From Antedon mediterranea (Eukaryota; Animalia; Echinodermata): DNA of 64,000 nt. The translations under genes and the position numbers were made by a program. Each line of letters begins with the position of its first letter. Position 1 is the first letter of the stretch. The DNA is taken from positions 3,626,201-3,690,200 of the forward strand of contig NC_092679.1 of NCBI RefSeq assembly GCF_964355755.1, in the 5' to 3' direction. A model generated the notes under the pieces. That model saw only the letters and a list, made by a program, of their open reading frames with translations. It was not told where the DNA came from and ran no database searches. Shown in pieces: positions 52,083 through 64,000 of this stretch.

Positions 52083-54585
52083 ATGATGGGTTGCAGAGGA
52101 ATGTTATTATCTATGTTGTTCTCTCTTTGCCTTGGCTCCACAACAGGTGGTATGTACTTTTATGTTTTGTATACACTTAGGCCTAGGCCTCAATTGGGAG
52201 GGGTACAGGTGAGGGTCAGAGGTGTGGCCATTACAATGGTGACATGACAACGCGTTTACATAGGCCTATGATAGAATACGATTGTTTCCAATTCTAATTA
52301 TTTATCTTTAAGGTAAATCATGAATGATTCCACCGAACTTTCGAGTTAGAATAACAATAGTGAGGCATGTAATGAATAGGCAAACTGCCTTAAAATGTGA
52401 CATGTTTCTAAAAACTATTTTCATCATCATCAGAACAGAACAGGCAGTTTGCCTATTCATTAAATGTCTCACTATTGTTTTTTTATCTTTAAGACGTAGA
52501 GATAATTATATAAAAAACCTTAATAATAATTCATATGTTTAATAATATAGTCAAAAAATATATATTTACAATAATTACTTATTTCTGATTTATTTTTGTA
52601 GCAGAATATTGTTGAAAAGGTATTTCCTATTATGACTGTCGTTTTGTCTAATAAAAGCTTTGTGGGCCTAAACTTGATTGAATAAAATCACACACGTTTA
52701 ATACAAAGGCTATACAATATTTTATTTACTAATCATAACTTGTCGTTAATCGAACTTCCTTGTTTCTTTTTCATGTCAACCTGATTGTCCTTCTCACAAC
52801 AGCAAATTCGTAAGTTCGTTTGAATATTTATACAGTAATCTATATTTAAAATGTATTTGACAATGTCTTAAGTTCTGTCTACATAATCAAACTTTGTGAC
52901 AACAACATATAATGTGCCCATATATGGACATGCATGTCATGTCACTACCATATTTGAGCATATCACTACCATATTTGGGCACTCTTTTGTCAACTAGTCT
53001 GATAGTGTACAGTAGACAGAGCTTTATGTTAATATGTGATCTATTAATTACCTATATTTTTAGACTAATTTAGATTTTGCTATTCATATAAAAAAAAACA
53101 ATGTTGTTTTTCTTAATAATGTTTCTTGCAGAGGGAGAACTTTCGTCGACACTGAGTTAGAATTTCGTTTAAATTCGTATACAGACGATCCAAGTGGATT
53201 GGTTACAGACGACGGAGAGTTTAAAACGTACGGTAATATTTCTGTTTATATTTTACCTTTTACACAGTTCAAGTGTTGCTTCCAACCAGAAGTGTTAATA
53301 CAATGTTTAAAATATGTTAAAAATGTGCAGTATACAACTTCTCTATCAAGCCATGTTTGTTTCTTCTATTTAATAAAGTTGAATTTCCTTTATCTTTGGT
53401 TTTTAAATTTCAGATCACTATCAGATGATATTAAAACGAAATACAGATTTTCAAGTGAAACCGAGATTAATGAACTAAGGGTAAGGGCAATAGAATGTTT
53501 AATTCTTGCTTATTTAGGAAAACCAAACTCAAAAACATATACTTTATGCAGAAGAGGAAGAAACGTTCTGAAATCAGTTAATCGGCATATCTTGCTTTTT
53601 AACAAACCTTTATGCAATCCAACATCCCAAAATAAATCATAGCGAGCTTTATACAGAAAGTTCTATTTTAAGATTATTAAGATATCCATTTTTATTTTGT
53701 ATTTAGGTTGAAGTTCATCAAGACTCGATCCTGACCATATCTTTTTTATTACGTTTTGATTATTTCAATGAAGATGATACCAAAGCTAAAGAAGCGATGA
53801 TAAAAGAGGTACCGTACGTATTTATATTATTTTTAGATTAGATGTTATTACTTCAATAAAGAAAATTTTGAGTTTCCTCCACTATCAATGACGCAAAAGA
53901 ATTTTTATTTTCAACCATAGAAAGAAATCAAGAGGACGTAACTAGCTTGACTTAAGCTCTGTCTACACTATCACTGTCATGTACCCATATATGGTAGTGA
54001 TATGTCCAAATATGGGCACATCACATTTTGTTGTCACATAAAGTTTTATAGTGTAGACAGAGCTTTAGCTGAGCCTGAAAAGTTGTAATATACCTTTACA
54101 ACAAATGTTGAAAAAGACACCTAAATCAAGTATTCTCACTTTGCATTACAGATGGATGAAGGCCGGTATGAGTTCTTCTTCAAAGACGATCAAATGATAT
54201 CCGTTTCAGGTTCTCTGACTGTCACCAAAGACTGGAAAGAGAACTGGCACGACATGATCCACAGTGTTACAATAATGGTATTGGCATCGCTTGTTGCTAT
54301 TGCGATTTTTACATTTGCAATTTGGTATCTTGTAAGTGTTTTTTAACTTTATTAAAAAAAATTAAATATAATTTACACGTTTGGCACTGTCTTGAATCAT
54401 CAAATTCTGTGATTTGATTGTAAAACACGAATTATAATTATGTTTTCAATGTGTCTCGAATTTCTTCATTACAGTTGGTAAAACGACGCAAGACGAAACC
54501 GGAGCCCATCGTCCACGAATTTACAGCCGAAAACACCAATGTAGGCCTACAATTTGAGGAAGAGGAAGAGGTTGAGGATAAATAA
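52083..54585 (+). CDS. single-pass type-I membrane protein with short SEA-like ectodomain (paralogue B), 7 exons
   Basis: Exons 52083-52149 (signal MMGCRGMLLSMLFSLCLGSTTG), 52803-52809 (7-nt microexon), 53132-53227, 53414-53480, 53707-53808, 54152-54331 (WKENW then TM) and 54475-54585 (LVKRRK..EEEEEVEDK*). Same intron phases and the same 96- and 180-nt exons as paralogue A. Confidence 0.75.
52353..52479. repeat. 38-bp inverted repeat (2 mismatches), ~51-nt spacer; MITE-like
   Basis: AACAATAGTGAGGCATGTAATGAATAGGCAAACTGCCT ... AGGCAGTTTGCCTATTCATTAAATGTCTCACTATTGTT. Confidence 0.8.
52871..53023. mobile_element. Harbinger-type MITE, family A
   Basis: TIRs, TTA flanks. Confidence 0.7.
53955..54064. 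mobile_element. Harbinger-type MITE, family A (short)
   Basis: TIRs with TTA TSD on both sides. Confidence 0.75.
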
Positions 54586-56806
54586 AAGTGAAATAACACG
54601 TAACTTTCTTACTTATACAAATTTAAAAATTCATCATTATATTTTTTCTGGTGGTTTCAACAATACTTTGATGGGCGTTCCGAAGTGGTAACCGTTTGTC
54701 ACACATAGGCCTAATGTGTCGATGAATAAGATTTTGTATGTACTGCAACTGAGTTGTTGACGCTTGTATACTTTTTTTTTTACAAATGAATGATAATATT
54801 TGGAATTTTCCAATTGAGTATTTACTCCAACCAACAACGAAGACGAGAAATGTGATATTTAATAGTAATGATAACAACGACAAGAATGGCAAAATGTATG
54901 ATACTTTATGTTACTTTATTAGTATTTATTAAAAATCTTTTTAAAACTGAAAAACTAAAACTCTTTTTTTGTGTGTGTTTATTTCCAATCATAAGAAACA
55001 TTCAAAACGAAATATTTATTAATGGGATACTGTAAATATAACATTTTATAATTTTATTTATTTGTTTTATTAAGTTTACCTTTGTACTTAGTATATAGTA
55101 ATGCTGTTAGGTAATATTGTTTTCCTTCATGATCGCCCCCTCATTTATCTCATAAACAACCATTTAGGGAAAATAAATGGAATTCCTATATTGTACTGTA
55201 CCAGTATGGTAACAGGACTTGTGTTAATCCTACATAATCCGACAATGATTTTTAGAATTTAATTCCATTGCAGCTGCATAGCAACCGGTGGTTCAGTCAC
55301 ATGTCTATTATGCGTTCGTAATTAACAAGTAGAAAATACATATAAAGGTTTGGGAAAACCTGTTTTTATTTCTGGGATGAGTGTTGAGCGAGACCATGCT
55401 GTATATTGGTATTGTGGTAAGTTATAGTCCTGTGTTTATTCATGGAGAAAACAAATAGGCCTACCCGGATATGACACTAATTAATTTGTTTTTTTGAAAT
55501 GTTAAGTTGTGTCATTGTTTTCGTTTTTACGGTCGGATGAACCCACCACACCCGCTGAAAACACAACTCACTGTTTTTCCTTAAACGTGACAACATTAAA
55601 ACATATTCAAGATTCGGTAAATGATATAAAATTATAGGCTACATACGTCGGTAACTGTTTCGTTTTCCAACATACACTTTATACTGCATGGTGTGACGTC
55701 ATTAAATCGATAAAAAAGGCATCATTTGAGACGTGTTCCGGTCTTTTTCAATTCTTTACACTCATATTTCTTAGAAAATGAAGTACAGGAGTAATATAAG
55801 CTACGGTTGGGGTGTACGTAAACAAAAAATAATTTTTGTCTGAATGCATCGGCAAGCTATAACTAAAGTTCTTAAGGAGTATATTACACTTTTACTACAA
55901 TCTTAATTCGTATACGAGTTACTGAATTTTGTGCGATAGGTTATTAGCATTAATTATACCAGTTTTCGAGTAATAATCTAATATAAACCGCAATTCGTAA
56001 GCGTGTTAATACCTGAAACACTTGAACTAGTATCAAGATTCAAGGTCTTGGTGGTAAAGATACGAATTTGATCATTCTTACACACGGGACACAGAAGGTA
56101 AGACATTTATTGTTATGGTTATGTAGGCCTACTATAAATTGTCATGGGTAATACTTTCGCCTGTAGCCTACTTCGTGGGGACAGAGCGCGGTAATGTTCG
56201 TCCGATAGGCCCACACGTAGACTTGCCCCAAGTCTGTATTTATTGTCTTTTTTTTTTATTTATTTGTTTTTATTTCGACCAAACTCAAGTAATACACGTA
56301 TGAAACGCCATATGTGCAAAAATATTTATATTTTTACAAAACTCCGTCTGGAGCCCAGACTAGCCCACACGGTACTATAGGCATTTAATACGATATATCG
56401 TACTGTAGTATTTATTATGTGCTAGCCCTTATATACCCTCGGTTATGGAAGTAACACCACTCTTTGAAATAAAAAAGATGAAAGAGATTACACTCGTCAG
56501 GTTAGGCCTAATGTTCCAAGTGTATTGTATTATACTCTGAGAAACCATGATCTGAGGCCTGTAGTAGCTTGTACAGATTTCACTGTAATGGTATCCAAAG
56601 GCCTACATTCTTCAATTTATTAAACACAAATCTCCACTGTTCATTGGAAAACATTATTAAATCTAAATGAAGGCCCAACAGACGACGAATATATCTGGTT
56701 CCCTGTTCACGTGCAAGAAGGAAAGTATTTTCAAATGCTTATAAAAATAGTAATAGGAATATGTATATATTTTTAAAACTTTAATTTGCATTTTGTTTAC
56801 AGAAAG

Positions 56807-59800
56807 ATGAGTATTGTTACGAGGTTACTTTTCACACTGCATATAGTAGGACTGTTTAAATGTAAGTATTTAACGGTTCATTGTGAAAATATAACCTGGG
56901 AAGAGTGATACTTTCACTCTTTCCTGGTATAGCCAATTTCATACTTCCGTTAAAAATATAAATTGTTTGACTTAACACGCATGGCACGATGCTTTTATAT
57001 TTGATATGCATATATGTCAGTTGACCTTATTATCATTGCTATATATTTTTACCATTACTTATACTTCCTAAATTCCAAAAGCGTATTTACTGTATATAAC
57101 GATGAACGATAATCATGAAATGCATTAATTAGGCCTATTAATACAAAGTAATAAGTATTGCCAATACCATTACGGATAAACCCGGATCAGTAAATGAATA
57201 GCTGGTGTCATGCATGACGTAGGCAACGATTATAATTCCATCTCATCATTTATTTTTATTGTCAGCGACCTACTTGTATGTCCGCAATATTATCATCATT
57301 ATCGCCATATATCAAGGCATCTTTATTCATAAAAAAACATTAAAAACATTTAGAAACTCAACCTAAATTCATCGCAGTCAATACATTGAAAGAAAGTTTT
57401 GGCAATAGAATTAATTGTCTTATGTCAAAAAGTTGATTAAAAAAGTTATTTTCGTTTTACCTTTATTTCGGAAGTTATATTCATAGAATATTTGATTTAG
57501 CTTTTTGCTTATTTTATTTTGTATCTCCATTAAGATCCAGCCACTGATACCCGCATCATTGTCATTTTTCAGTGCTTATTTTATTTTGTATCTCCATTGA
57601 GATCCAGCCAGTGATACTCAAAGCATTGTCATTTTTCAGTAATTTGCCTTTGGATTTAATAATAATAAATAGCCATATCTGTATTCAGATTATATCAACA
57701 ACATAATTTTCGTCACAATCATCATTGTAATATTCAATATTATTTTCGTCACCATCGTTACTCATCATTATTATCTTCGTCGTCATTATCATCTTACGTA
57801 TTTAGATGGTCTATCTTTTAATTGTTATGATGGAAACGAAAAAGAATACAGAATAGGATATGAAATACAGCAAGACTGTAACACCTGGTGAGTGATGGTA
57901 ATTTCAACTTATGTCCACACAAAAAATAATAATATACAGTAATTTAAAACAATGGAGTATTTTTTTTAAACACCATATTTAATGAGGGTGATCCATCCAG
58001 CAATTGATGATCATTAAATACCCTCAAAGTGGAGTGGAGTTGTAAATTTGTCCTTAGAAAGGATGGGACTTGAACCCAGGACCCTTGAGTGATAGTCAAG
58101 CATCATAACCACCAAGCCACAACTCCACTCCTTGTATGTATGTATGATATTAAGTAGCTAAAAGTTTTATCTATTGTGGTTGTGGAGAGCCATGCAGAAT
58201 ATCTTAACTATAAGTTTGACCATTTAATATAAAGTTAAATAGTAGCAGTAATAATAATTGTAAATTGAGTAAGTTATGGCTTTTTATTGTGGTAAAGTAA
58301 CTGGTTTTTTATATAGTATTTGCTTTCCTATTTTACATCCCTTTTGTCGTTTTTTGTGGGGTTTTTTTTGTAATCGTAGATAATAATTACGTATTTTGTT
58401 TGTAGTATTTGCCAAGAGGAAGGTTGGATCTGTACCCAGCAGCCTTGCTCAGGTAATTTATTATATTTCAAGCTTTAAGTTACAATAAAAAACACTAGCA
58501 ATAAAAGCAATATATATAGATAGACAAAGATAGACAAATTATATATAACAATGGCCTTTGATCTTATAATCCTGCAGATCCTTGTTTGTCATCACCTTGC
58601 ACTAACGATGGTGTTTGTGTGCGGTATGACGACACTTACGAATGCCTTTGCAAAACAGGCTACACTGGACCAAGTTGTGAACTTCAGGGTAAAATATTAA
58701 TTTTTTTAAACGTTAACACACTATAAGTAAATTAAGAACCAGATATGAACATATAGTTGTACATTACATTATATTAACTCGGTTCTTCGTGAGTGGTTTG
58801 CTTTGTAATACACGATTTATAGACAATGCAGTATTTCAGTCAAAAAAAAAATCTACAATGACAAACCAACAACGACAAACCAACAACGAAAAAAAATAGA
58901 GAAACAAAAGTAAAAACGTTACTACAAGAGTAGTTTAGTGACCATCAACTCAGCAGAAAAAATAGTTGATATTTTGCGTCTAATAATGTATTCATACAGG
59001 AAGCGATATGAACATTCATGTGGTTTTTTTCGTTATAATGTGCAACTTCATTGTCTTTTAAAATAGGATCGTGTTTAGACGGAGAATTGGTAGTTGACGT
59101 GTATTGTAATGGGGATTGCGAATGTGTAAATGGTACAGTGTCGTGTGAACCATTCTCAGGATGTCCATCTTTATCATGTGATACCGAGGTGGTTGTGCCC
59201 GGTGACTGCTGTCCAACTTGCTGTAAGTTAACTCTTTTTTCTAGTTTGCTCGGCTTAAATAGGCCTGGTCTTTGGGCATACTGCTTAATATGGAGAAAAA
59301 CAAACAACAAAAGGCATCGAAGTGTTATAAGATCTGTCTACACTATCAAAAAATGTATATGTATGATGTGCCCAAATATGGTAGTGATATGACGTCATCA
59401 TGTCCATATATGGGCACATCACATTTGTTTGATAATGTACATATACTGCAGTGCAGACAATATACATTTCGTTTCACACTATTACAGGGCCTGAACCAAA
59501 AGAAGGGTTCTGTCCCGGAAGTAGCTTCACATCAATTGGGAGCTGTGAGAATACATGTCATGATGATTCAAGTTGCGATGGGATTCAAAAGTGCTGCTTC
59601 AACGGCTGCGGGTTATCGTGTGCGGATCCGCAACCAGGTATTTACAGATGTAACAATATATATAACAGTTTGACCTGAATGATTTTATGATCAATAGACA
59701 GACTTAATTAATGATGCTATTTCTCGATTATTATTTCTTTTTTAAAATGTTCACTACAGAGGAATCGGGAACATGTAAATTGTCCCCGTGTAAAAATGGC

Positions 59801-62800
59801 GGGACATGCTTGGACATAATGTCAGTAATTGCCGTCTGCCGATGTTTACCTGGGTTTAGAGGCGACTATTGCGAAATAACAGGTAAATATTAAAGTATTA
59901 TTTTGTTCTTTTCTAAAAGGGGACCACGGATAGATAGCTAAATCCCAGTATTTCCGTTTTCCTAGTAACTAAACACAGCAGCTTATTAATCGATAAGTAG
60001 TCGGTGATTAACCCATATATATAAAATAAAGGTACTATACCGGAATTAGTTAGTAAACTCACATTTCCTTTCATTAATCTACTTTCTAGTTTCCTTTCAA
60101 ACACCTTAATATGACAGTCCCATATGTTTTGTGACACACAAATATCACTTAAATTTCAAAACAATTGTACGACAAAACTTAAACTTTCCGCCTTCATTTA
60201 TAACCTATAGTCTTCAGCTCTGTCACCACTATTAAAGATTATGTGACACAAAGAGTGATGTGCCCATATATGGACACGATGATGTCATATCACTACCATA
60301 TTTGGGCACATCACACTTTTTTTTGTCAAACTAGTTTGATAATTATTCTAATTGTTTAACAGATGGAAAAGGTTGTGTTGTTAATGGTACAGTTTACAGA
60401 GACACTGAGTTAGTTGACTTTGAATGTTTAAGTTGGTAAGTAAGATCTTCGTCTAATATCATTTGTAGTGGGTCAATTTAGCAAATTCTTTAAATAGAAT
60501 TATGTTTGCATTTAAGAATCTCGAAGTACACACACAAAAACAATTACATTTCGTCATATGATTAATACTATAATACGCGATACTAAAATATCGCAGATAA
60601 TGGATAGCACAAACAACTTTTTTTCGGTTATTTTATCTGTATTTGTTTTTTTTAGTCTTTGTAATGATGGTATACTAGAATGCACCGACAAATGTGGTAA
60701 ATATAACGACAAGTTTTTGTTTATTTTTTACAATTCGAAATTAAATTTTTTTCAATACATGTTTTTCTATATAATGCGTATGTGGTAAGAACCATTGCTT
60801 TATCTTCAATACAAACTTCTCAAACTACTGGTATCCTGCAGTTATTTTATGAAAAAACAGCCCTCTCTTTTCTATATTGTACAGGATTATTTACATTTGA
60901 ATATTTGCATATCTAACACAGGTGACAAACCAGGAGAATGTCCAACTGTAATAGAAGACTTCAACAACACAACTTGCGCAGTGGATCAAGATTGTACAGG
61001 GCAGCGAAAATGCTGCAATCAAACGTGTACTCTGCCTAATTATGGTGAGATTTCACTTTAAATACATCTAAATCATCTCTAGAATGACAGAATACTATCA
61101 GGCTTTAGCGATACCTAATTTACCTATGTTCCACTCGCCGGTAGATTACGATAGTTTTTTTGGGAGTTGTACGAAAAGGTGTGCTGTACATAAGGTGTTA
61201 CAGTACTTCGTTTGTTTGTTTGTTTGTTTGTTTGTTTGTTTGTTTGTTTGTTTGTTTGTTTGTTTGTTTGTATATGCGACTACAATTTTTAAGTTATCAT
61301 TCTGTAAATATGTATATACTTACAGAACATGCCTATAGAAAATCGGCTTATTAATAAATTCACAAAAAAAAGAAGAAAAAGTTTATTCTTTTAACATGGC
61401 CGACATATCAACATGCGCCTTCTGTAGAAATAGTTTGCCAAGTACTTCACTCAGTTTCTGAGTGCTTCCATTTTGAAATGTTAACGCTAATCTATTTCAT
61501 TTTCATAAAGACTCTTTAGCGTGTACTCATGATGGAAGAATTTTACAACGTGGAGACTCGTATCACGAACGTTGCAACTCGTGGTAAGATATATTCACAA
61601 TTACTGTAGGCCTACGTGTCTGAAATCTCGATTTCGTTCTGAGTGTGTAGGATGAGAGTGTAGCGATATATTATTTAAAATGAAAAATCAATAGCTATAG
61701 CCTTTAGAAATAGATCAAAGAGTAAAAACATTACATATTATTTTCAATCTATTTTTCAGTACATGTAATAGAGGAATTTTAGAATGCAGTCGTCTTTGTC
61801 GTAAGTTGTTTGCTATACTTAATATGAAACGCCAAACTATGGAACGCAATACTCGCATAAACAAGCCAAGAGTAAACGAAGTAATTTAGTATAGGCTACA
61901 TTTGATGAAGACAAGTGGAAAAGGTTATGAGTATTACTTGACGGTACATTTATCCTTAATTAATTTTATAGCTGTTAAAAAAGGAGGTTCGTGTCCTATA
62001 AAGTCTTCGGAAACTTTGCATCTGGATTGTAAGCCTAAGTGTCGCGATGACATAGATTGTAATGGAATCGAAAAATGTTGCGGAGATGGTTGTAACGGCG
62101 AATGTATGACACCAATTGAAGGTATAATATGTAGAAAAACTACTATTTTAATAATCACTGTTGTAATCAGCAGCACCATTATCACTGTCAATGTCATCCA
62201 TTTATTGTTGCTTTCTTAGCGAATTCAACATCTTATTGTTTCTTTAATAACCAATGGTACGCGGACAACGACATGTTTTCGTCTGGCTGTCAAAGATGTC
62301 AGTGTTTAAATGGATCCGTTCTGTGTCGAGCACCAATCTGTCCACAGCTGCCTTGCTCAGACCCAATACAGTCGAACGGTGCATGTTGTCCTAAATGCCG
62401 TAAGTAGTAACTGACATTAACTAAGACAACCGCCACTTTCTTACTCGTGCTTCAGATTAAGTTCTATCGGAGAGTGAATAGTTATTCAAATGTTCACACT
62501 TAAACAAAAATTTACATACAAACTTCCTCAGATTGCAGAAAAGTCTACAATAGCAAACTTTAGTTCGGAAAAAACTTAGATTTTGTAAACAAACATTCGG
62601 TAAGGTTTTCTAGACTAGACTTTACGATTGAATAAGACATTAACGACTGTCGAAAGTAAGAGGAGATGAATTCAGTGAATTTATCCAACTATCTTAATGA
62701 CGACAGGTAATTAAATCATGTATTTCAGTCTTAACAAGATTTCTATATACCGTATGATACATGATACATAAATGATTATGTATACTAATTTACATCACAG

Positions 62801-63710
62801 CTTCCCTGTGTATCGATGATCCTTGTTTAAATAGCGGGATTTGCTCTGAAGTTGCTGACGAGTATGTTTACAATTGTACCTGCGTTGGCGGGTACTCTGG
62901 AACGAACTGTGAAGATCCACGTAAGCAAACTTTTTTTGTGTAACCCTTTAATTTGTAATTATTGAAGACTATGAATAAAGTGGTGTCATATGTGATATAA
63001 ATAAACAGTATGGAAGAAGGTTTATTGACGGTACACACGTGCCTCTACCTAGGTAATAGATGTAATAGAAATATTCATATTTTCGACAGCATCAAACTGT
63101 TCTGAGGCAATCTGTTTAAATGGCGGTGTTTGTGTAGAACCGGATTACGACTATAGCAGCAGTGAGCCTCAATGGACATGCCGATGTCCCACTGGATTTG
63201 GCGGAGAAATATGTGAAATACAAGGTAAAATAGCTAGTAAATTATTGCATATCATTGAAAACTAATCTTAAAGAAATAGTGCGGCAGATCAGCAGTAATT
63301 ACTTTTTTAATATATATTTTATCATTATTACTGTTTTTTCAAGATGAACTTTGTAACATGAACAGATGTCAAAATGGAGGAACATGTTATAAAGTATTCG
63401 ACACGATAACGACATGCGCATGCGTAGATGGGTTTACAGGGCCTTCATGTGAACAACGTAAGTTTATTACATTTTTGTTCTGTTGAAATTGACAAACTGA
63501 CGACCAACTCAAAAGTTTACTCGAGGATATTAAACATCGATATTTTAAATGAAGGAAAGAACTTTTTATTATTGTTTTTTATTTAAATAACAGAAAATAT
63601 CTGCCGTAGTCAACCGTGTTTTAATGGTGGAACGTGCATATCTATTTTAAATGCATATTACGAATGCAAATGCCAAGATGATTTCATGGGAGAATATTGT
63701 GAGATGAACA
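56807..63710 (+). CDS. secreted cysteine-rich mosaic protein (VWC/pacifastin-like, EGF, WAP modules); 3' incomplete
   Basis: Leader exon 56807-56861 ([18 protein letters not shown]). Half-VWC at 57806-57887 plus ~58406-58452 ([18 protein letters not shown]). EGF ~58578; VWC ~59067; WAP ~59488; EGF ~59760; half-VWC ~60363 and ~60657; reduced WAP ~60923; half-VWC ~61512 and ~61760; WAP ~61972; VWC ~62220; EGFs ~62802, ~63090, ~63344 and ~63594. Modules are separated by phase-1 introns. Confidence 0.88.
57507..57640. repeat. ~67-bp tandem duplication
   Basis: GCTTATTTTATTTTGTATCTCCATT.AGATCCAGCCA.TGATAC...CATTGTCATTTTTCAGT occurs twice. Confidence 0.85.
57980..58128 (-). mobile_element. degenerate tRNA-derived SINE head
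   Basis: Minus strand GTGGCTTGGTGG (A box) .. GGTTCAAGTCCC (B box). No intact cloverleaf. Confidence 0.5.
59330..59458. mobile_element. Harbinger-type MITE, family A (degenerate)
   Basis: AGATCTGTCTACACTATCAAA plus shared internal sequence. Confidence 0.65.
60217..60341. mobile_element. Harbinger-type MITE, family A (right TIR truncated)
   Basis: AGCTCTGTC..ACTATT ... GTCAAACTAGTTTGATA. Confidence 0.6.
61210..61350 (-). mobile_element. Helentron-like fragment with (GTTT)n
   Basis: Reverse complement aligns with 42710-42830 (TGTGAA.TTATTAATAA.CC..TTTTC.ATAGGCAT..CAGAATG.TAACTT.AAAA.TGTA..) and is followed by (AAAC)n. Confidence 0.6.
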
Positions 63711-64000
63711 GTAAGTTCTTGCTTTTAGATTGAGAAATGGCGAACAGACAATACAATTATTTTATTAACTTCATATCAAACCGTTGGAGCGGTAATTTTT
63801 CTTATATTTATACATAGTACAGAAATGGTTATACATTTGCAAAATTTCTGTTATATCTACTTCCATTCCATTGTCTATATTACTCTATTATGAAATAATT
63901 CATAATTCTCTTGATTAAAAATGTTTTTTTTAGCTCATAAAAATTGTTCGACTGTGATTTGTGAGAATAACGGTACATGCATAGAAGTTGACTCAGCCAA

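Noticed and set aside
52602-52619. Alternative microexon for paralogue B
   Set aside because: Gives a TGA stop in the phase-1 frame; the 7-nt exon at 52803 fits the paralogue's phases.

Overview
AT-rich, intron-rich animal genomic DNA, probably an invertebrate deuterostome such as an echinoderm (inferred from gene content, a Deu/Nin-type SINE and abundant TAGGCCTA motifs); not prokaryotic, and no CRISPR. Gene models were spliced by hand. (1) SERTA-domain CDCA4/SERTAD-like gene (-), with a small coding exon 14 kb upstream. (2) 14-exon TDP1 (-), with N-terminal MIU-like and PBZ motifs. (3) C19orf47 homologue (+), head-to-head with TDP1. (4) tRNA-Leu(TAG). (5) Two tandem paralogous type-I membrane proteins with a short SEA-like ectodomain. 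(6) The 5' part of a VWC/EGF/WAP mosaic secreted protein that runs off the window. The most striking structure is between TDP1 and C19orf47. A 4.5-kb LTR retroelement sits there with identical 247-bp LTRs, a tRNA-Ser(GCT) PBS, a PPT, a 4-bp TSD, no recognisable pol, and a disrupted zinc-finger accessory ORF. A Kolobok-type DNA element then inserted into the TTAA formed at the LTR/TSD junction. Together they widen a ~250-bp divergent ATG-to-ATG interval to ~6.2 kb. Also present: about 15 Harbinger-type MITEs, three 26-40-bp CATGGA hairpin insertions with 7-bp TSDs, Helentron-like elements (one with a 68-bp satellite), SINEs and minisatellites.
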